From the NCBI RefSeq assembly GCF_947496385.1, contig NZ_CANMCP010000002.1, positions 229,035 through 293,034 of the forward strand: a stretch of DNA of 64,000 bases, read 5' to 3'. A program made the translations under genes and the position numbers. The DNA comes from an uncultured Croceicoccus sp. Lineage in GTDB: Bacteria; Pseudomonadota; Alphaproteobacteria; Sphingomonadales; Sphingomonadaceae. A model generated the notes under the pieces. It had not been told where the DNA came from. It worked only from the letters and a program-made list of their open reading frames with translations, and made no database searches. Positions 58,871 to 64,000 of the stretch are shown here, piece after piece. Within the stretch, counting starts at the first letter, position 1. Each line of letters opens with the position of its first letter.

Positions 58871-59419
58871 TCAACGCGGCGCGTCCGGTTGCCACTGGCG
58901 CCGGTCTTCCGCCGCCTTCAGCACGTCATAGGCCAGTTGCAGGCGGTGAAATTCCTGCGCCGCCTCGGCATCGCCGGGCTTCACATCGGGATGGACCCGC
59001 TTGGCAAGGAGGCGCCACGCTTTTTTAATCGCGGCGAAATCGGCATCGGGGTCGAGTTCGAGCACCTCCAGCGCGCGCAATTCGTCGCCGCTGCGCGTGC
59101 CATCGCCCGATCCGGCCCAGCCATAATGCGCCGATTCGCGATAGCCGGCATTGTCGCGCTGCTCCCGCGCGGCACGGGCGGCCTTTTCCTCTTCGGACAG
59201 GCCGGCGAAATAATCCCAGCCGCGATTATATTCCGCGGCGTGCGGCTGACAGAAATACCAGCGTTCGGGGCTGTTGGGGGATTTGGGCGCCGGACAATCG
59301 CCCGGCTCGTCGCAACCCACGCGGTCGCACAGGCGCACGTTCTGCGCCTCTCGCCCGGCTTCGTAGCCGCGCCATCGGGGAAAACCCCAGTCTACGGATC
59401 GTCGCGATCTGGCCATCAC
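58871..59419 (-). CDS. J-domain protein with an N-terminal Cys/His-rich region
   Basis: 182 aa with a C-terminal J domain carrying HPD (AKRVHPDVKPGD). The N-terminal CDRVGCDEPGDCPAP...FCQPH is zinc-finger-like. Confidence 0.7.
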   Translation of the reverse strand: MMARSRRSVDWGFPRWRGYEAGREAQNVRLCDRVGCDEPGDCPAPKSPNSPERWYFCQPHAAEYNRGWDYFAGLSEEEKAARAAREQRDNAGYRESAHYGWAGSGDGTRSGDELRALEVLELDPDADFAAIKKAWRLLAKRVHPDVKPGDAEAAQEFHRLQLAYDVLKAAEDRRQWQPDAPR

Positions 59420-59458
59420 ACCGCAATAGCCAGATCGCGAGAGAAAATCGACCCTGCT

Positions 59459-59986
59459 TTACTGCACCGTGACGGTCACGGCGCGGCGGTTCTGTGCCCA
59501 GGCCTGCTCGTTCGAGCCCATGGCGACCGGGCGTTCCTTGCCATAGCTCACCGTGGTGATGCGCGTGGCGGGAATGCCGAGGCTGACGAGATAGTTGCGC
59601 GCGGCATTGGCGCGGCGCTCGCCCAGCGCAAGGTTATATTCGCGGGTGCCGCGTTCGTCGGCATGGCCCTCGATCGTGACGCGCTTGTTCGGATATTGCA
59701 TCAGCCATTGGGCCTGGCTGCGCAGCGTGGCCTGATCCGCGAAATCGATGTTGAATTCGTCGGTGTCGAAGAAAACGCGATCCGACGCGACCGAATTCAC
59801 GAAATCCTGCTGGCTTCCGGGGGCGACGGTGTTCGCGCCGGTGTTGCCGGTCGTGGTGGTGGGCGCGGGCGTCGTCACCGGTTCGGGCGGCAATTGGTCG
59901 GGCGTGGTCTTGCACGCGGCGAGCGCGAGCGTGCCGCACGCCAGAAGCGCGGCGCGGGACATATTCGAGCGGTTCATCAAGCGCAT
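59459..59986 (-). CDS. pal: peptidoglycan-associated lipoprotein Pal
   Basis: 175 aa with lipobox LALAAC and the OmpA-like [22 protein letters not shown]. Confidence 0.92.
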   Translation of the reverse strand: MRLMNRSNMSRAALLACGTLALAACKTTPDQLPPEPVTTPAPTTTTGNTGANTVAPGSQQDFVNSVASDRVFFDTDEFNIDFADQATLRSQAQWLMQYPNKRVTIEGHADERGTREYNLALGERRANAARNYLVSLGIPATRITTVSYGKERPVAMGSNEQAWAQNRRAVTVTVQ

Positions 59987-60083
59987 TGTCTTAGGCTCCT
60001 TCTGCTGTAATCGGATCGGGGTCGGGTGTCGCCGGCCGATCGAATGGCGCCAGATGCGCCAACGTCATGCAACACCAACGCTG

Positions 60084-61433
60084 TTAAGGCAAAACCGGTC
60101 CCCACGACGGGTCGGACGCATCGACCGGGGTGTCCAGCCGGCGCAGATTGTCACCGGTAAGATCGACCTGCCACAGTTCCGACTGGCCGCTGTTGCGGGT
60201 GGTGCGGAAGAACTGGATGATGCGGCCATTGGGGCTCCACGTCGGCGCCTCGTCCTGCCACGCGTCGGTCAGGTGGCGCAGGTTTCCGCCACCGGGGCTC
60301 ATCGTCGCGATCCTGAAATTGCCGGCGATATGCGTGAACGCGATCTGGTCGCCGCGCGGGCTCCATTCCGGGGTCGCCGCGCGCCCGCCGAAAAAGCTGA
60401 TGCGCCGCTGTCCGGTGCCGTCGGCATTCATGACATACACCTGCTGACTGCCCGAACGGTCGCTTTCGAACACGATCTGGCGCCCGTCGGGGGAATAGGA
60501 CCCGCCGATGTCGATCCCCGGCGTATCGGTGAGCCGCTGCGGCTGTCCGCCGGTGGCCGGCACGCGATAGATGTCGGTATTGCCCGACACCGCCATGGAA
60601 TAGAGGATGTAGCGCCCATCGGGCGACCAGCGCGGCGCAAAGGTGGGATTGCCGCTCTGCGTCACGAGCGTCTGCGATTTGGACGCGATGTCGTAGATAT
60701 AGATGCGCGGATTTCCGTCCTTGTACGACAGATAAGCGATCTTCGAATAATCCGGCGAATAGCGCGGGGTGAGCGCGGTCGTGCTCCCGCTCGTGATGAA
60801 GCTGTGGTTGGCGCCGTCCGAATCCATGATGGCGAGCCGTTTCACCCGGTTATCCTTCGGACCCGTTTCGGCGATATAGGCGATGCGGCTGTCGAAGAAC
60901 GGATCCTCGCCCGAAAGCCGCGAATAGACCATGTCCGCGCATTTGTGCGCGGCCCGGCGCCAGTCACCGGGCGACACGACATACCCTTCGCGCACCAGCT
61001 CCTGCTGCAACCCGATATCGTAGAGATAGCAGCCCACGGTGAGCTGATTGTCCGCCCCCGCCTTTACGAAGCCGTGCACCAGCATCTCGGCGCCAAGCGG
61101 CGACCACTTGCCATATTGCGGGGCGGTCGCCTCGCGAAAGGTGATAGTCGGCAGCGCGTCCGGGCCCACGGGACGGAACAGGCCATTGTTCTTAAGATCG
61201 GCCGTGATCACCCGCGCCAGCTCCCGGCCCAGCGCCCCGGTCGTGCGCGGGGCGGCCGGCGTCGGCACGTCGCGATCGGTCGCAAAGGCGGGGATCGCAA
61301 TGCCCAGATCCTGCCACTCGCTTTCATCCGAGACGGAGCCGGTCAGCCCGCCGGTGGGCGCATCCTGTGCGAACACCGGGGCAGCGAGGAGGGCGAGCGC
61401 CGCGCTGGCGGCGTAGAGGGCGGATTTCAGCAT
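60084..61433 (-). CDS. tolB: Tol-Pal system beta-propeller protein TolB
   Basis: ATG 61433 (MLKSALYAASAALALLAAPVFAQD) inside ORF 60084..61478. It has repeated P.WSPDG blades. Confidence 0.93.
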   Translation of the reverse strand: MLKSALYAASAALALLAAPVFAQDAPTGGLTGSVSDESEWQDLGIAIPAFATDRDVPTPAAPRTTGALGRELARVITADLKNNGLFRPVGPDALPTITFREATAPQYGKWSPLGAEMLVHGFVKAGADNQLTVGCYLYDIGLQQELVREGYVVSPGDWRRAAHKCADMVYSRLSGEDPFFDSRIAYIAETGPKDNRVKRLAIMDSDGANHSFITSGSTTALTPRYSPDYSKIAYLSYKDGNPRIYIYDIASKSQTLVTQSGNPTFAPRWSPDGRYILYSMAVSGNTDIYRVPATGGQPQRLTDTPGIDIGGSYSPDGRQIVFESDRSGSQQVYVMNADGTGQRRISFFGGRAATPEWSPRGDQIAFTHIAGNFRIATMSPGGGNLRHLTDAWQDEAPTWSPNGRIIQFFRTTRNSGQSELWQVDLTGDNLRRLDTPVDASDPSWGPVLP

Positions 61434-61435
61434 GC

Positions 61436-62338
61436 TTACAATCTCCGGTCGAAGCGGAACGAATCCACGCGTTTCCACGTGTCGTAATATTCATCGGGCA
61501 GGTCGAATGGCGCGGCCAGCTGCACCGCGCGAATGGCGAGTTCGGCATGGCGGTCCTTCTGCGCCTCGTTCGCGTCGGTCACGCCCGACTGCGACACGAC
61601 GCGCGGACGCCCGCGCACGCTGCCATCGCGGTTCATTTCCCATGACAGCACCGTCACCAGCTTTTCCGCGTCCACGCCCTGCGGTGCGCTCCAATGCGGG
61701 CGCAGCTGGCGCGAAATGGCGGAGGACAGCGCCGAGGCGGTGAGCGGGCCGGCCTTTTGCGCGGGCTGCTGCCGGTCCTGCCCGCTGCCGCCGGTGCCGG
61801 CGAGGAAATCGCTGCCGAGGCGGCTTCCGCGGGCGGGCGCGGGATCGCGCGGCGCCTCGCGTGCCGGGGCACGGGGGGCGGGCTTGGGCTGCGGCCTGGG
61901 TTCCGCCTTTGGCTGCGGTTTGGGTTCGGCCCTCGGCTGTGGACGGGGTTCGGGGCGTGGCTGCGGACGCGGCTCGGGACGCGGTTGCGGCTGCGGCGCG
62001 GGTTGCTCGATCCTCGGCGGGAGCGGCGCGGGCACAGGCTCAGCCACCGACGGCGCGGGCGGGGTCGGATCGCCGAGCTGCTCCGCCACGGACGGCGCGG
62101 GATTGGCGGCCGGATCGGGCGACACGGATTCCAGCGCGATCTCTTCCGAAACGGTCACGGTGATCGGCTCGGGAATGTCGACCGGGACGGGCGGCGGATC
62201 CTTGGCAAAGAGGAGCAGCCCGGCCAGCACGGCGCCATGCGCGGCGATCGCGATACCAAGGCCAGCCCTGTCCTCCCGACCGAAGCCGGGAGCCTCGCCA
62301 TCGTCGAGGGGTGGGGTTGTCGGCGTCATCGTCGCCAT
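61436..62338 (-). CDS. tolA: cell envelope integrity protein TolA (Pro-rich linker form)
   Basis: 300 aa with an N-terminal TM, a long Pro-rich linker and a TonB/TolA-like C-domain. It sits between tolR and tolB. Confidence 0.75.
   Translation of the reverse strand: MATMTPTTPPLDDGEAPGFGREDRAGLGIAIAAHGAVLAGLLLFAKDPPPVPVDIPEPITVTVSEEIALESVSPDPAANPAPSVAEQLGDPTPPAPSVAEPVPAPLPPRIEQPAPQPQPRPEPRPQPRPEPRPQPRAEPKPQPKAEPRPQPKPAPRAPAREAPRDPAPARGSRLGSDFLAGTGGSGQDRQQPAQKAGPLTASALSSAISRQLRPHWSAPQGVDAEKLVTVLSWEMNRDGSVRGRPRVVSQSGVTDANEAQKDRHAELAIRAVQLAAPFDLPDEYYDTWKRVDSFRFDRRL
61880..62005 (-). repeat. low-complexity tandem repeat encoding (P-E/Q/K-P-R)n in the TolA linker
   Basis: The protein reads PQPQPRPEPRPQPRPEPRPQPRAEPKPQPKAEPRPQPKPAPR. 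The DNA shows ggctgcgg / ggttcggg periodicity. Confidence 0.7.
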
Positions 62339-62341
62339 GGG

Positions 62342-62794
62342 CTATGGGCTTTCCGATGAACCGTTGGTGACCAGCGAAATCTGACGGAAACCGGCATTGT
62401 TGAGCGCGCCCATGACCGCCACGACACGCCCGTAATCAAGGCCGCGATCCGCGCGCAGCACGACCGCCGGCGCCTCCCCGCCGCCGGGCAGGAACAGCGC
62501 GACACGCTCGGAAAAGGCACCGGCGGGAATGCGCTCCTCGTCGATGAAGATGCGGCCCTGCTCGTCGAGCGAGACGGTGAGCGGTTCGTTGTCGTTGGGC
62601 AGGGCATCGGCCTGGCTGTCGGGCAGGTTCACCGGCACGCCGGCGGCGAGCAGCGGCGCCGCAACCATGAAGATGATGAGCAGCACCAGCATGACATCGA
62701 CCATCGGCGTCACGTTGATTTCGGCCATGGGCGTGCGCCCGCCGCGTCCGCGCCGGCCCCGCCCGCCCGATGGGGATGCGAGTTTCACGCCCAT
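62342..62794 (-). CDS. tolR: Tol-Pal system protein TolR (ExbD family)
   Basis: ATG 62794 inside ORF 62342..62845, with EINVTPMVDVMLVLLIIFM. Confidence 0.88.
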   Translation of the reverse strand: MGVKLASPSGGRGRRGRGGRTPMAEINVTPMVDVMLVLLIIFMVAAPLLAAGVPVNLPDSQADALPNDNEPLTVSLDEQGRIFIDEERIPAGAFSERVALFLPGGGEAPAVVLRADRGLDYGRVVAVMGALNNAGFRQISLVTNGSSESP

Positions 62795-62795
62795 G

Positions 62796-63503
<708 letters not shown>

Positions 63504-63989
63504 TCAGCAGGCCTCTTTCGGGCTGTGGGAAGGGGTATCGAATGCGGCGAACGCCTCGATCCAGCCGCCTGGCTGTCGTCGCGGACGGCCATCGGGTGCG
63601 ACAAAACCGACCCGCACCGACATGTGCGAGAGCAGGTCCCCGCCCCGCAACGCACGCTGCGACAGGCGGCAGGATGCGCGCGCGATTTTCTCGGCGCGCG
63701 TTTCGATCATGACGGTATCGCCAAGCCGCGCCGGCGCCGCATAGCGGATGGCAAGATCGCTCACCGCATAGGCACCCTCGCCCGCATCGAAGGCGGCGCG
63801 CTGATCAATGCCGAGCCGGTCGAGCAGGTCCGACCGCGCCCGCTCGAACCAGCGCAGGTAATTGGCGTGATAGACCACGCCGGAAAGATCGGTGTCCTCG
63901 AAAAAGACTCGCACCGCATAGTAATGCACGCCATCGCGCATGTTTCCGGTCGCAGGTTCGGGCAGGCGATGATCCATGGCCGCGGTCAT
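63504..63989 (-). CDS. ybgC: Tol-Pal-associated acyl-CoA thioesterase YbgC (hotdog fold)
   Basis: 161-aa ORF with RVFFEDTDLSGVVYHANYLRWFERAR. The start could be an internal ATG (63977 or later). Confidence 0.85.
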   Translation of the reverse strand: MTAAMDHRLPEPATGNMRDGVHYYAVRVFFEDTDLSGVVYHANYLRWFERARSDLLDRLGIDQRAAFDAGEGAYAVSDLAIRYAAPARLGDTVMIETRAEKIARASCRLSQRALRGGDLLSHMSVRVGFVAPDGRPRRQPGGWIEAFAAFDTPSHSPKEAC

Positions 63990-64000
63990 AGCCGCGTGGC

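Overview
This is a GC-rich chromosomal segment (roughly two-thirds G+C by eye, not computed). Gene content and synteny point to an alphaproteobacterium, probably Sphingomonadales. That assignment is an inference from three things: a plant-type GshA, the ctaCDBGE-SURF1 and ybgC-tolQRAB-pal layouts, and an EcfG-type promoter. I can support about 70 protein-coding genes and one tRNA-Val, packed tightly with many 1-4 nt start/stop overlaps. Almost all of it is core housekeeping: aa3 cytochrome oxidase and its assembly genes, Tol-Pal, Moco, folate, pyrimidine, lysine, arginine and threonine biosynthesis, L21/L27, IF3, SpoT, LepB, AcpS and PdxJ. I see no rRNA, CRISPR array, transposase, integrase, phage genes, or unexplained gap larger than about 250 bp. 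I therefore found no convincing evidence for a wholly novel multi-gene system. The observations most worth a second look are:
- a BLUF photoreceptor gene translationally coupled to an MHYT-GGDEF-EAL gene;
- an AT-rich island with nested GAAC/GTTC symmetry in a divergent promoter region;
- a 107-aa SDR-like relic coupled to folB;
- a CysG-like protein with a truncated, degenerate methyltransferase domain;
- a PaoABC-type aldehyde oxidoreductase operon that ends in an ABC1/UbiB-family kinase rather than a PaoD/XdhC chaperone;
- a textbook EcfG promoter in front of a small acidic lipoprotein;
- a non-AUG infC start.
The ORF track translates GTG/TTG starts as M. Many of its very long ORFs are antisense artefacts of high GC, so starts were re-derived by hand.
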